A stretch of DNA of 64,000 bases from Octopus sinensis (lineage: Eukaryota), in the NCBI RefSeq assembly GCF_006345805.1, contig NC_043003.1, positions 89,590,001 to 89,654,000 on the forward strand, given 5' to 3'. A model generated the notes under the pieces. The model made no database searches and was not told the origin of the DNA. It worked only from the letters and a program-made list of their open reading frames with translations. Shown here one piece after another: positions 11,501 through 23,818 of the stretch. A program made the translations under genes and the position numbers. The first letter of the stretch is position 1; every line of letters begins with the position of its first letter.

Positions 11501-13380
11501 TGTTGTTCTTGTTGTTGGTTCTGGTGATGATGATGATGTTGTCACTTCTGGAGATTCTTCTGGAGGTGGGGGATTCGGTGCTTCCATGGGGGGAAGTTTG
11601 CACTCGGCCCTGATGTGGCCTAGCTTACCACATCTAAAACACCGAGGCTTTCCCCCTTCTACCATTACTCGGAGCTTGTCGACGGGGGAACCTTGAACGA
11701 TCATCTCGATCTCCTTCCCCTGCCAATTTTGACACTCTGTTATTGTTGCTTGTAGGATTGCTATTTTTTCTTCCACTCCGAAACATACAGCTGCCACCAG
11801 ACAAATGAGGATGAACGCTATTGCTAGAGTACCACCCTCAAGCAATCTCGTTATTACTGTTCAATTTTCTGTTCGTTAACAGTTAACTTATCAAAATTTA
11901 AAACAATTATACTTATTCTACAAAATATGGTTTTAGTTCATTAAATTCCATTACCGGAGGTAGGGTTTCAAAGCTCACCTCTACCCCAAGTGGGTCTATA
12001 TCCGATTTAAAATGGGTTTTTTTAAAGTTTCATATTTCAGACTATCTACCAAGGGGCACTTTGTATCCGCTGCGTAGACTTTAGGAAGAATAACTTTTGT
12101 GATATTTTTGAATTTTGCAATTGTTTTTTCTATCGCCGTGCTCTTTCTATAAGTCATTTTGTGTGCCAGATCGCAATGTCGGAGTTTTACTGTGTTGTGT
12201 GTCTGCCTGTGTGTGTTTGATGGGGGATTCTGGATTGTTTTTTGCAGTGGTATGTGCTGTGTGGGTGTGATATTTTCAGGGATGCCTGCATTTTGTCTAT
12301 TTGTTGTGTATGATTTTTTTTTTCACTTGTGTGCACTTTGGTGGCGTAATGTAATGTTCTTTTCCCTTTTTCTAGATACTAGCTTGTAGTCCTCCTCGGC
12401 ACTTTCCTGGTCATTTGCTCCTTGGGTCCCTTCTACCACTTCTTCACGTTTTCGAGCTCGGTCAGGATCTTGACATCATGCTTTGGTTCTTGTTCCTTTT
12501 GGGGGCACATATTTTTGATGTGCCCCTTCTGGCCACAGCCATAGCGAGTTGGAGGTCTCCCCTCCACTGTTAATGCTAATTTAATTTCTTCCGGTAACTC
12601 AATCATTTCCGAAATTGCGTTCAAGTCTGTCTAGGTGGCCTGGACAACTAATTCCAGGCCATAACCTCAACAACTCAATTGCTGCGAGCGCATTGCCTGT
12701 GCAATTATTGGGTTTTCTTTTGTTCCCGAGTATGGCTGCGGCAATCCATACTGCTTCTCTCTCTAGCGACTCGCTTCTCCAGGTAGGTTGGCAGGAGCAG
12801 CCATTCTTCTGATCTTATTGGTACAGTGGCGCGCTTTTTTTCCACCTTTACAGTCGCAAATCTTACCTCCACTGTACCGTACTTTCTACCATGGGTGTAG
12901 TAAGTGATGCCTTCTTTCATTGGTTCGAAACATTTTTCAGTAACTTTCTCCGGAGTCACTTCAATCTTCTTTCGGTGTAAACACAAGGTCCTATAGAGTA
13001 CTGTTTTTCTTCTCACGTCTTTGGTTAATTTCTTCGGAGGAGTTAGGTTCACTTTCGACCCCTCCCGTTCTGTATAATGGAAACATTCACTTACATTAAT
13101 ATTGAGGATCTTAATTTCACTCATTTTCAACTGTGGTACTGTCTTGCTCTGTTTACCAGCCACCGACGCGTAGCTTCCTGCTCGTTCCTTCTCGTCGTCT
13201 ATCTCCGGCATCCTACTTTCCATTCCGAACGGGGGAAAATATAAGAAAAAACACAAACCTGTTGAACAAGCTGTGTGCCTTTGAAAAAACGCAACAAATT
13301 AACAATAATAGTAAAAATGTTTGTAGTTCGACTTCCCTGGCCAGAAGCCTTCAACAGAAACCACTCAACGATTGTTCTTT
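8572..13380 (-). mobile_element. Tx1/L1-clade LINE, decayed, with two ORF1-like segments and ORF2
   Basis: APE domain (FNIGCINVCSL, 11042 downward). RT motifs FRPITLLNAELKIL, VRQGCPLSPLLYVL and AYADDVT (about 9805-9822). C-terminal CPRC...ETVLHANVQC. CCHC knuckles at about 12510-12545 and 11600-11645. The 3' end reads GGGCAATAAAGAAATC. The 5' boundary is approximate. Confidence 0.9.
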
Positions 13381-13696
13381 CACGAAAGTGAAGGGCATAG
13401 AAAAACTGGCTGGTAAATTTGGGTGCCTTTTATACCCAGTTTGTGTGCCTTTTATACCCAATGCTTTTCATAAAGATGCGTTCGCGAGCATTACCATGTT
13501 CACGAAAAGTGAGTTCGAATCCTACGTGCAATCCTTGTTCTCAAAAGAGAGTGGTGTTGTGTGTTAGTGACATCTTCCTGATGTCAAATTACCTAGAAAT
13601 GTAATAGAATCTCAATATCTTGTGTGGAATAAATAATCTTTTACAGTGCGACATTTCTTTTATAGTAAAGTATATATATGTACCTACATGCATATA

Positions 13697-13940
<244 letters not shown>

Positions 13941-14152
13941 TACACATGTTGCTACTCATGTATCTTCATATGTATCTACACGTTTTTATACATATCTCTA
14001 CACATGTACCTAAAAATGTATACATGTACATACAAGTGTGAAATTTTTCACCACGTCTTTAAAGAGCTCTGTAACAAATACATCTTTGTTTTAATATTTT
14101 CACACTTGACTTTTATTTTATTTTATTTCCAGCCGCAAGCTGTTTTGCTGTC

Positions 14153-15353
14153 ATGCGAAGGTTACTGAACAGATCTAAAATCAAACGTCCGTTGTTGTTA
14201 GTCTGCCTCGGAATAGTTTTTCTGTTTGTTGTACATTCAACTATAACAAACAATATATTCAATTTTGGTACGGGTAGACATTTGCATTACGAGACAACTG
14301 CACAGATTCCTTCTGATCTCGCTTATCATGTTCAAAAAGAATACATTTATAAGAAAACTTTGAATAACGATTTCCAAGAGTCATTGGCTTTTCGTACTGC
14401 TGGGAGAAATGGAAGTAATATGAACATAAAATATGCTCACACTCTACAAAATATCTCAGGACTGAATATTACAACAAAAAAAGGTATTTTTCTTCTAGTT
14501 CAGTCCAGTGATAATGCCATTAGAAATACCTTGGGTTCATTAGTCGATGATGATACAAATACTGTAGTTCTGGACAATAAGAATGTCAGTGCCGTTTCTG
14601 GGAGTCAGAGCAATATTTCATTGGCACGAAATATTACCAGTAAAATTGTCAGTGTGGAGCAAACCACGTCTAGTTCTAGAACTTTTGAAAGTCTTTTTAA
14701 AAAGATAAATATTTCTTCAGTGAACACGACACATTCAAGTAAAACTATTACTCAGAAAATATTTTCAAATCCAACAACAGTTTCAATACCAAAAATTTAT
14801 AATCCTCATCCATTTTATTTCCGACTAGACGCAAATGAGTTGTGTTCTAGAAGAGATCCACCATTCCTTTTGATTGTAGTGCCAAGTATTCATGACCATA
14901 TGGATATCCGCAATGCTATCCGACAAACGTGGGCAAGCGTGGCTAAAGGTCATGTTTGGCCTGGTCGAGAAGTTCAAGAAACAGTCAAACTAGCTTTTTT
15001 GTTGGGACTTCATCAATTTCCTGAACGCGAAAGTCTATTAATCGCCGAGAGTAAAAAATATGGTGATATAATTCAAGAGAATTTTATCGACTCTTATTAT
15101 AATTTGTCTATTAAAATATTAATGGCTATGAAATGGGCCAGTCATTATTGTCCTGGTGTAAATTACATCCTTAAAGCAGACGAGGACACCTTCGTAAACA
15201 TTCCTATGTTAGTGGAGATCTTGCGCCAACCAGAAACGCCTCGACACAGCATTATGGGTCGGATAATGCCCGAGTCCAAGGTTTACAGGTTTGGAAGATG
15301 GAAGGTTGATAAAAAAATATACGACAAAAAGGTATATCCCCCTTACGCAGCAG
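14153..15353 (+). CDS. Beta-1,3-galactosyltransferase-like (GT31) protein, coding exon 1
   Basis: Type II membrane topology (short basic N-terminus, hydrophobic segment, Ser/Thr/Asn-rich stem). Motifs RNAIRQTWA, ESKKYGDIIQENFIDSYYNLSIK, KADEDTFVN (DxD) and YPPYAAG. Acceptor TTTCCAG at 14126-14132 upstream of the ATG, and donor CAG|GTAAG after 15353 (phase 1). Confidence 0.95.
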
Positions 15354-15618
15354 GTAAGAAGAAAAAATATATTACTTTGTTTTATCATAATGTCTAAAGG
15401 CTAAAAGTAAATATTTTTCATCCAACGTAAGCAGTCCATTTCTTGACTATTATTCAAGGGTATCCATCAAGGGATAAACAGTTCTATCGGATTCAGAAAG
15501 AATGGATATTGTGATGTCCATAAAAGCCTTAAAGATATTAATGAAGCTAGCATTACTATAATCGTTAACGGAAATGTATGTATGTATGTATGTATATATA
15601 TATATATATATTATATAT

Positions 15619-15653
<35 letters not shown>

Positions 15654-15752
15654 TAAATCTATCATTAATTTATGGAATGGTTCTACAAATCCAACCATAT
15701 TTATCAAAAATGGAGGAGATAAGATGTTAAAAAGTTGTAAGAAGTTTATTCA

Positions 15753-15826
15753 TGCATACAATTGTTTCGTACATTGATATAAATTCATATTTGAATTTCG
15801 AAATTATCATAGTGCTCATCAGTGCA
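15753..15826 (-). ncRNA. Hammerhead ribozyme motif (Penelope-type), antisense in the GT31 intron
   Basis: Minus strand reads TGCA-CTGATGA-GCAC...GTAC-GAA-ACAATTGT-A-TGCA: stem I TGCA/TGCA, long imperfect stem II, palindromic stem III, GUA triplet. Confidence 0.75.
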
Positions 15827-15899
15827 GAGATAAAATAATAATAGGAACTTAAAAAAAGAACAGAGAAGTTGGATTTATGAGTTCATTGCTTATCTGTTC

Positions 15900-16320
15900 C
15901 TATCTATGTGCAATAGTGATAGGAGTCATGTCAAATATTAAACCATAACTAACGGATGAACGGTGTCTCGATTTGGTTAACTGGTCTTTCTGACTGCTCA
16001 AATAATTGCCCTTTGCTCGTCATTGAAAAAGGATAATCTTTCCTCAAACTAGGACTACACCCGAAAAAACGTTATGCTTTATATTTAGTGAGATGTGAAG
16101 GATGTCGTCTATCATGAAGTGTTAAACCAAAATGAAATAGTTAGTGCAGAGAAGTATTATAGTCAATTGGAATGCATTGCGCAAAAATTTACAGTAAAAG
16201 CACCTATCATTGGTTAATCGTAAAGGGGAGTTGCTCTTACTCGATAATGTAAGATCACATGTTGCCCAAATCACTAAGGGAAAGATTATGGCCCTAAATA
16301 GGAAAGTTTTGTCTCGCTTG
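15900..16320 (+). mobile_element. Decayed mariner transposase fragment
   Basis: Remnants of WD.KGV and LVNRKGELLLLDNVRSHVAQIT. Confidence 0.6.
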
Positions 16321-16442
16321 AAGAACTGGAAAAACGTTAATATTTTCTGATGTATGTACGCATATATTTAGGTTCGTCAGTATGTATGTATATCTACAGT
16401 TATGTGTGTGTGTGTGTGTGTGTTGCTTGAAATGGTGTACAG

Positions 16443-16515
<73 letters not shown>

Positions 16516-16519
16516 TCCT

Positions 16520-16933
16520 CCATCCCAGACTGGTCAACAGAAGGAGGCCAATCATTCTTCGTGACAATGCTTGACCACATGTTTCACTAATGACGCTCCG
16601 GAAGCTGAGAGAACTTGGATGCGAAGTTCTTCCCCACTCAGCTTATTCTCCAGATCTTTCTCCTACAGACACCACTTTTTCAAGCACCTTCATGGTTTCC
16701 TGCAAGAGAAAGAGTTAAAAAATCAAACTGATACTGACAGTGCGTTCAAAGAGTCCATCGGCTCCAGAACTCCAGATTTTTATGTTACCAGAACAAACAA
16801 ACTTGTAACTCGTTGGCACAAATGTGTTGATTGTAATGGTACTTACTTTGATGCATAAAATTTCCGCATTGTTAAAATATATTGTGACGAATTTTATGTT
16901 TCACAACGTTGTTTACTTTTTACTCAGCCGGAA
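16520..16933 (+). mobile_element. Mariner 3' fragment
   Basis: [24 protein letters not shown] and HHFFKHLHGFLQEK...KLVTRWHKCVDCNGTYFD. Confidence 0.8.
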
Positions 16934-17499
16934 ACTTCTGCGGTCAGCAGTTTTACTGGTGGTTGGTCTTAATGGCATTTCAAGACGTCAATTTTGTTAT
17001 TTAAAAAAAAGAAAGAGAAAAGTAAATGAAAAAGAGAGAAAGAGTGGAAAGAGAAAGAAAGAAAAAAGAAAGAAAGTGAGAAAAAGAGAGAGTGAGAGAG
17101 AAAGGGCTTCTTTTTAATTGTATTCATGAGACCAGTCTGTAGAAGTTAATTACAATCTAAGTTGTCAATTGATTTTATATGCATATATATTGTATACCAT
17201 CAAAGTGTTATTTGTGTGTTAGCCGAAGGTTGAAAAAGTAATTCGTAATAGTTATAAGCAAGTACAGTCATGATTATTAAATAAGAAATCCAAAAGGTCT
17301 AAGTACGATATAAAGTGTAAACATACACTAGCTCATCGATTAAACTCATACAAAAATGATAAGCTTGGAGAGGATCTAAAGTGAATATTCAAGTACTCAC
17401 AATTGATTATTCCACTCCAACCATATTTCTGCAAAAGCTAGCTAGGTACAGAACTTGTTTGAGTTAACTATGTAAAGTAGTGTTCTTAACTTGTTCAAT

Positions 17500-18830
17500 T
17501 TCAGTGTGTCCACATATATTATCCTTGCTATAAATATTGTTTTCTTCAAACGTTTAGTTTCGGTAAGAATTTTTTAATAAAATGCATTTCCGTTGCCTTT
17601 CAGAACTTCGGGTCATTCCTTGGGCATTTATAAAAAAGAAAGCTCTTGAATTTTCTGTGTCCACATATTTCCAGATGCTTACTCAGCAGAACCTTGCGAA
17701 ATTCTTTTTGCCTGATATGCTGTCTCTGGCTTCTTGTATGTTGCTAAAGGGAATTGTTAGTTTCGCCAATATAATTTTTCCTGCAATTGAAGCAGGTTAT
17801 GCAGCATATGAGATTATGTGTCTTACAGTTCACGTCTACATTTACCTTGAAGGAGAATCCACTTTCAAATAATTTTTTCCCTTATAGTAGTTTTGGTCTT
17901 TTAGATGTTCTAATATTTTGTCTTAGTAATAGTCCCAATATCATTAGCTTCTTTTAGGATGATTGAGTTATTGTTCTTCAATGTTAGTAACGTTTCCTTT
18001 TCTTCTCTACGAAGCTTTTGCATGCATTTATGGGTACTGAAAGGGTATTTGCAAATTGTCTAAATGTTTGCCACTTCCCCTGTAAGAGGGAGTGGAAAAT
18101 CCTATAGGATTTGTTTTTGACAATTGATTCGTCATTTATATTCTTATTGCTGAAGAATTCTAGAAGGTAGAGGTGGCGACTAAAATGATAGTGTTTGCTT
18201 TTAGTTCTATGAGATTAGAGGTAGGTGTAGAGGTAAATTTGAAAAGTTCTATTAAAAGACTCGTTTTATTTTTTGTTGAGGATTCTTTTTGATAAATTTA
18301 TAATTTTAGGGTGAATATTTTCTATGGGTTTATTTGAATTTTTTGTTTCGTTGGGGCCAGGGCCCAGTTGTACTATGTTCTCCCTATGAAAGTTGTAGTA
18401 TTGTGTCCCTGTTTTATGTTTCTGGGGTTCTTGTTTCTTCCTAGGCGAGGGAATGGTTCATGTTCTCTGTTTCTATTTTGTCGCATACAGGGTCGGTCTT
18501 CCTCCCATATTCTTCTAAGTTTGTTAGGCCATTTGGGATGGTTGGGATTGTTGATCGTAAATCGTATATATGCATATATGTATATATGGTATCTCATTCC
18601 TGTATATATACATGGTATCAGAGTAGTGTTGAACTAAAAAATAACTTTATGCAGCAATATAACACTATGGGTAAAAGCATTATTAGGTTCTTGTTAGAAA
18701 TAAATGCTTTTAGTTTCTAGTCTGTGTCCAGTCCGGTAGTATATACATATCCAGGAATAACACTTGACGAGACTCAGAAATGAAACCATGTAAATTTAGT
18801 ATAGTTGTAAATATTGCAAATATCTACCCT
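17500..18830 (-). mobile_element. Penelope-like element with N-terminal domain and GIY-YIG endonuclease but no RT
   Basis: Minus-strand translation by eye: KIINLSKE...KFTSTP...HFSRHLYLLEFF...LKNNNSIILKEAN...LEHLKDQNYYK, followed directly by NCKTHNLICCITCFNCRKNYIGETNN...SKHLEICG...EMHFIKKFLPKL. Confidence 0.8.
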
Positions 18831-19080
18831 CTACTTATCATTGGATTTTCCATGGCTTGATCATGCTCCCTCCTCCTATAGCGATTCTACATGGCATTAG
18901 GGAGATTAGTAGGGCAATATCCTCTGTTCGTACCGAACTGCTTCATGAAGAATTTTGCCGGATGGCCCACCGATAGCTATCCATGCCAAGTGCCATCAAA
19001 CTTACTCTGGAACTCCTAACGACTAGGCCATAAATTAGGGAAGAGAACTATATTTGGCATTCCAAGGTGGTGGATAGGTG

Positions 19081-19445
19081 AACCACATTGTTCCGGGTTC
19101 AGTCCCACTGCGTGGCACCTTGGGCAAGTGTCTTCTACTATAGCCTCGGGCCGACAAAAGCCTTGTGAGTGGATTTGGTAGACGGAAACTGAAAGAAGCC
19201 CGTCGTATATATGTATATATATATATGTATGTGTGTGTGTTTGTGTGTCTGTCCCCCTAGCATTGCTTGACAACCGATGCTGGTGTGTTTATGTCCCCGT
19301 CACTTAGCGGTTCGGCAAAGGAACCCATACAGAATAAGTACTGGACTTACAAAGAATAAGTCCCGGGGTCAAGTTGCTCGATTAAAGGCGGTGCTCCAGC
19401 ATGGCCACAGTCAAAATGACTGAAACAAGTAAAAAGAGAAAAATA
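19081..19445 (+). mobile_element. tRNA-derived SINE (major family), 5'-clipped
   Basis: GGTTCAGTCCCACTGCGTGGCACCTTGGGCAAGTG...GGCGGTGCTCCAGCATGGCC...GACTGAAACAAGTAAAA, nearly identical to 42796-43208. Confidence 0.9.
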
Positions 19446-19825
19446 GAAAAGAGCATCTAGATATTTAGCGACGTGTATAGAAGTAAGCCACTCTAGACCA
19501 AATACAACCTGTCCTTTAGAAAAGGCATAGCAACTGTCAGTCACTGGTAAAGTCTAAGGACCTGGTATGTCTAATGATCTGGTGACCGTGGTCATTGGTA
19601 GCCCATGAAAGATTTCAGGCTTTAGCCAAACACCAGTCCTCTTTAAAGACAGGACTAATAATTCGAAAATGCATAATTGTATTGACAACTCATCTCAGGC
19701 TTATAAACGTTAAACAACAACAAAGGTCACTAAAGTTTGATACAAATTTACATCAATTTCTTTCTTTTTACATTTTTTAAAGTCTCACTTTTTAATAATC
19801 ATGGCTTTATTATTTTTTTTTTCAG

Positions 19826-20106
19826 GAAACACCTACATTATACCTGGAAGCATTGCTCGAAAGCTATTCATAGCATCCAAGTACCATGTGTATCTGCACG
19901 TAGAAGATGCCTTTATAACTGGTGTGTTGGCACAGTCAATTGGTGCAAGCCATTTTGACATACCTGGTTTCACATTTCAAACTGATGATGCACCGGAGGC
20001 CTGCGATTTCATTATGGATTTAAAAATATCTAGTACAAAAGCCAACATGGGATTGATAAGGCACATATGGTCCCAAATTAAGAAACAGAAAGACTGTGAA
20101 GAATAG
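19826..20106 (+). CDS. GT31 glycosyltransferase, last coding exon
   Basis: A poly-T...CAG acceptor ends at 19825. The phase restores G-N-T-Y after YPPYAA. Conserved EDAFITG is present and the stop is TAG. The spliced CDS is 1482 nt (493 aa). Confidence 0.95.
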
Positions 20107-20223
20107 CTGTAACTTCGCACACACGGACACACATATATGTACATACATGTGTGTGTGCGTGCGTGCGCGCGTGTGAAGTTATATGTAACATACATACATA
20201 CATACATACATACATACATACAT

Positions 20224-20260
<37 letters not shown>

Positions 20261-20521
20261 TACATATATACACATATATATGGTTGAGTATACGCGCACA
20301 CACACACACAAATGAGCCCTCTTTTTCTTTCTCCCTCTTTCTGTCTCACTCTTCACCCTATCCTCTTTTTCTCTCTCCTTTTCTTTCTTCTCTTTTACCC
20401 TTCATCTAATCACGGAAAAGCTTTACTGACGGCCTAAGTAACGGAATGGCAAGCAGAATTGTTATAAGATATGACAGTAATATCAATTGACATTGTTTCT
20501 TGTCTGAAAAAATTGGCAATT

Positions 20522-20538
20522 GCGTGTGTATGTGAGTT

Positions 20539-20569
<31 letters not shown>

Positions 20570-20941
20570 ATGTATGTATGTATGTATGTATGTATGTATG
20601 TATGTATGTATGTATGTATGTATGTACGTACGTACGTACGTACGTATGTATGTATGCACGCATGCGTGCATGCATGTATGCATGTATGTATGTATGTACG
20701 TATGTATGTATGCATGCATGTATGTATGTATGTATGTATGCATGCATGCATGCATGTATGTATGTACGTATGTATGTATGCATGCATGTATGTATGTATG
20801 TATGTACGTATGTATGCATGCATGTATGTATGTATGTATGTATATATGTATGTATGTATATATGTATATATGTATATATATGTATGTATGTATGTATGCA
20901 CGCATGTATGCATGCATGTATGTATGTACGTACGTATGTAC

Positions 20942-20972
<31 letters not shown>

Positions 20973-20973
20973 C

Positions 20974-21004
<31 letters not shown>

Positions 21005-21327
21005 TGTATGTATGTATGTATGTATGCACGCATGCGTGCATGCATGCATGTATGTATGTATGTATGTATGCATACATGTATGTATGTATGTATGTATGCA
21101 TGTATGTATGTATGTATGTATGTACGTATGTATGTATGCATGCATGTATGCATGCATGTATGTGTGTATGTATGTATGTATGCATACATGTATGTATGTA
21201 TGTATGCATGTATGTATGTATGTATGTATGTACGTATGTATGTATGCATGCATGTATGCATGCATGTATGTGTGTATGTATGTATGTATGTATGTATGCA
21301 TGTATGTATGTATGTATGTATGTATGT
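20522..21327. repeat. Compound (TATG)n with CATG/TACG variants
   Basis: Direct reading of the sequence. It accounts for the long spurious YVCM/HTYI ORFs. Confidence 0.95.
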
Positions 21328-21468
21328 CTTTCACATGTTCCAGTCATTTGGGGCATTTGCCTTGAACCATTTTAGTCCAAAGAACCAACACCAAAACTTA
21401 TTTTTTAAAAGCGTGATACTTATTCTATCGGTCTCTTTTGTAGTATTCTATCATATTATAATATATTG

Positions 21469-21726
21469 TACAAGCAGAGATACCCGGCCTTGCTCGGGAT
21501 TAAAATGGCATAGATTTTTTTTTTATTGTTTTACTTGTTTCAGTCATGTGACTGCGGCCATGCTGGAAAAAAATCAACAACAGGATTTATTCTTTGTAAG
21601 CCTAGAACTTATTCTAACAGTGTATTTTGCCGAACTGCAAATCTATGGGAATGTAAATACCGTAACATCAGTTGCCAATCAATGGTGGGGGTATAAACAC
21701 ACACATACAAACACAAATATACATAT

Positions 21727-21762
<36 letters not shown>

Positions 21763-22045
21763 GTGTGTTTTATATATATAAAGAGTTATTTCCCTTGCAA
21801 TGGTTTAATATCTTTAGATTAAACTGCTGGAGTGAGTCACGTCCCTTGTATTAAAGACTTTTGTTACCTGAAACGGGGGTCGGTTTATCGATTTTTTTTT
21901 AAAAATCACCTTTGCGGGGTGACTGCACGACCACCCTTGGACGGTTTTGAATGATTTTAGAAAGTGCGAACCCTCTAACTGAAAAGTTGTGGATTTGTAT
22001 AAAGGATACACACACAGACATTTTGCCATTTATATATATAGAGAT
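21469..22045 (-). mobile_element. Non-autonomous Helitron-like element, with a SINE fragment inside (about 21525-21700)
   Basis: The minus strand starts TCTCTATATATATAAATGGCAAAATGTCTGTGTGTG and ends with hairpin CCCGAGCAAGGCCGGG plus CTTGT (degenerate CTAG). The end motif matches 51022. Confidence 0.55.
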
Positions 22046-22052
22046 TATATAT

Positions 22053-22221
22053 TGGCGCAGGCGTGGCTGTGGTAAAAAGTCTGCTTTCCAACCAAATGAT
22101 TCTGAGTTCGGTCTCACTGCGTGGTACCTTGGGCAAGGGTCGCCTTGTGAATTGATTTGGTAGACGGAAACTGAAAGAAGCCCTTCGGTGTATACATTCA
22201 TATATATATATATATATATGA

Positions 22222-22268
<47 letters not shown>

Positions 22269-22309
22269 TATACACACACAAACGCGCACATATATCTATG
22301 TGTGTATAT

Positions 22310-22368
<59 letters not shown>

Positions 22369-22550
22369 AGAAATGAGGTTTTCAAATTTGAAAACCCCAC
22401 TAGAATGGGAGAAAGCACTAATGATCTAAGTGATATGATATATATATAAAAAAGTAATATACAAATAAATATCTGTAAATATAAACCATCCGATCTTCTG
22501 AGTACCTCATTTCTTTTACTATATAATACCTGTACATCATCTCCAAACCT

Positions 22551-22609
<59 letters not shown>

Positions 22610-22885
22610 ATATACACATATTGGTAAAAACGGTAAAATAACAAAAGAAAGAAAGAGACCTCAATATTATGTAAATAGAGGATATATTATGTAAATATAG
22701 GGATAAGATGTCTTTGTGTCTGCGTTTGTTCCTCACCACCGCTTGAAAACCGGTGTTTTCGTGTTTAAGTCCGCGTAACATAGCAGTTCGATAAATTAGA
22801 CTGACAGAATAAGTACCAGGCTTTTAAAAAATAAGTACTGGTGTTCATTCGTTCGACTAAAACTCAAATGACTGAAAGAAGTGAA
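22053..22885 (+). mobile_element. Major-family SINE split by (TA)n and other repeats
   Basis: Head GGCGCAGGCGTGGCTGTGGTAA at 22053-22190 and tail AGAATAAGTACCAGG...ATGACTGAAA at about 22710-22885. Confidence 0.7.
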
Positions 22886-23437
22886 AGATAAAAGATATGT
22901 ATATATGATAGGCGTGCGGTCTGTATGTATGTATATGTGTGTGTGTGTAGTTGTATCTGTGAGTGTGCCTTTGCTCGTGTTTAAAAATGTGCGTTTGCTT
23001 GACGAATCTAATATTCTCTGTTTGCAAAAGAACAGAAAAAATTGAGACGAAATTATAAGTGGAAATGTAAATAAAATATAAGATTTTAAATAAAATGAAT
23101 GGTTTCAAAATAAAGATATAAATTGTTTTCTCTATACATAATAAAGAATTATAAATCATATCATATCATATATAAAAACTGAAACATTAACATTTGTCTG
23201 ATTTCCTTGCCTGAATAATTAATGAGAATATTTCACGGAATTAATGGTAAACCTATTGGGTTATTTTTGGAAACTTTATCCAAAAAACCTGAACGCGTAG
23301 CCTGTGTTGTGTCTATATGGAAAGATAGTCGCTCATCTGCTACTCATTGAAAAGTGAAGTAAATTGGAATACGATGATTACTTATGCATTATATATACTC
23401 TCTCTTTACTCTTTTGATAGATGTATAATATATATAT

Positions 23438-23472
<35 letters not shown>

Positions 23473-23473
<1 letters not shown>

Positions 23474-23676
23474 CTATTATTCTTTAACTTCTTTCAGTCA
23501 TTTGACTGCGGCCATGCTGGAGCACCGCCTTTAATCGAGCAACTCGACCCCGGGACTTATTCTTTGTAAGCCCAGTACTTATTCTATCGGTGTCTTTTGC
23601 CGAACCGCTAAGTGACAGGGACATAAACACACCAGCATCGGTTGTCAAGTACACACAAACACACACACACACACAC

Positions 23677-23726
<50 letters not shown>

Positions 23727-23778
23727 TACGACGGGCTTCTTTCAGTTTCCGTCTACCTAATCCACTCACAAGGCTTTC
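23473..23778 (-). mobile_element. Major-family SINE, 3' part
   Basis: Reverse complement of the SINE body (TTTCAGTCATTTGACTGCGGCCATGCTGGAGCACCGCC). Confidence 0.85.
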
Positions 23779-23818
23779 AGACACACACACACATATATAT
23801 ATATATACGCATTCTATA

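Noticed and set aside
18763-18795. Hammerhead-like CTTGACGAG...GAAACCATGTA
   Set aside because: The core has an extra base, and stems I and II do not pair. At most a decayed relic.
20406-21781. Long ORFs rich in YVCM/HTYI (also 26.4-32.7 kb and 47-51 kb)
   Set aside because: Translations of stop-free (TATG)n microsatellites, not genes.
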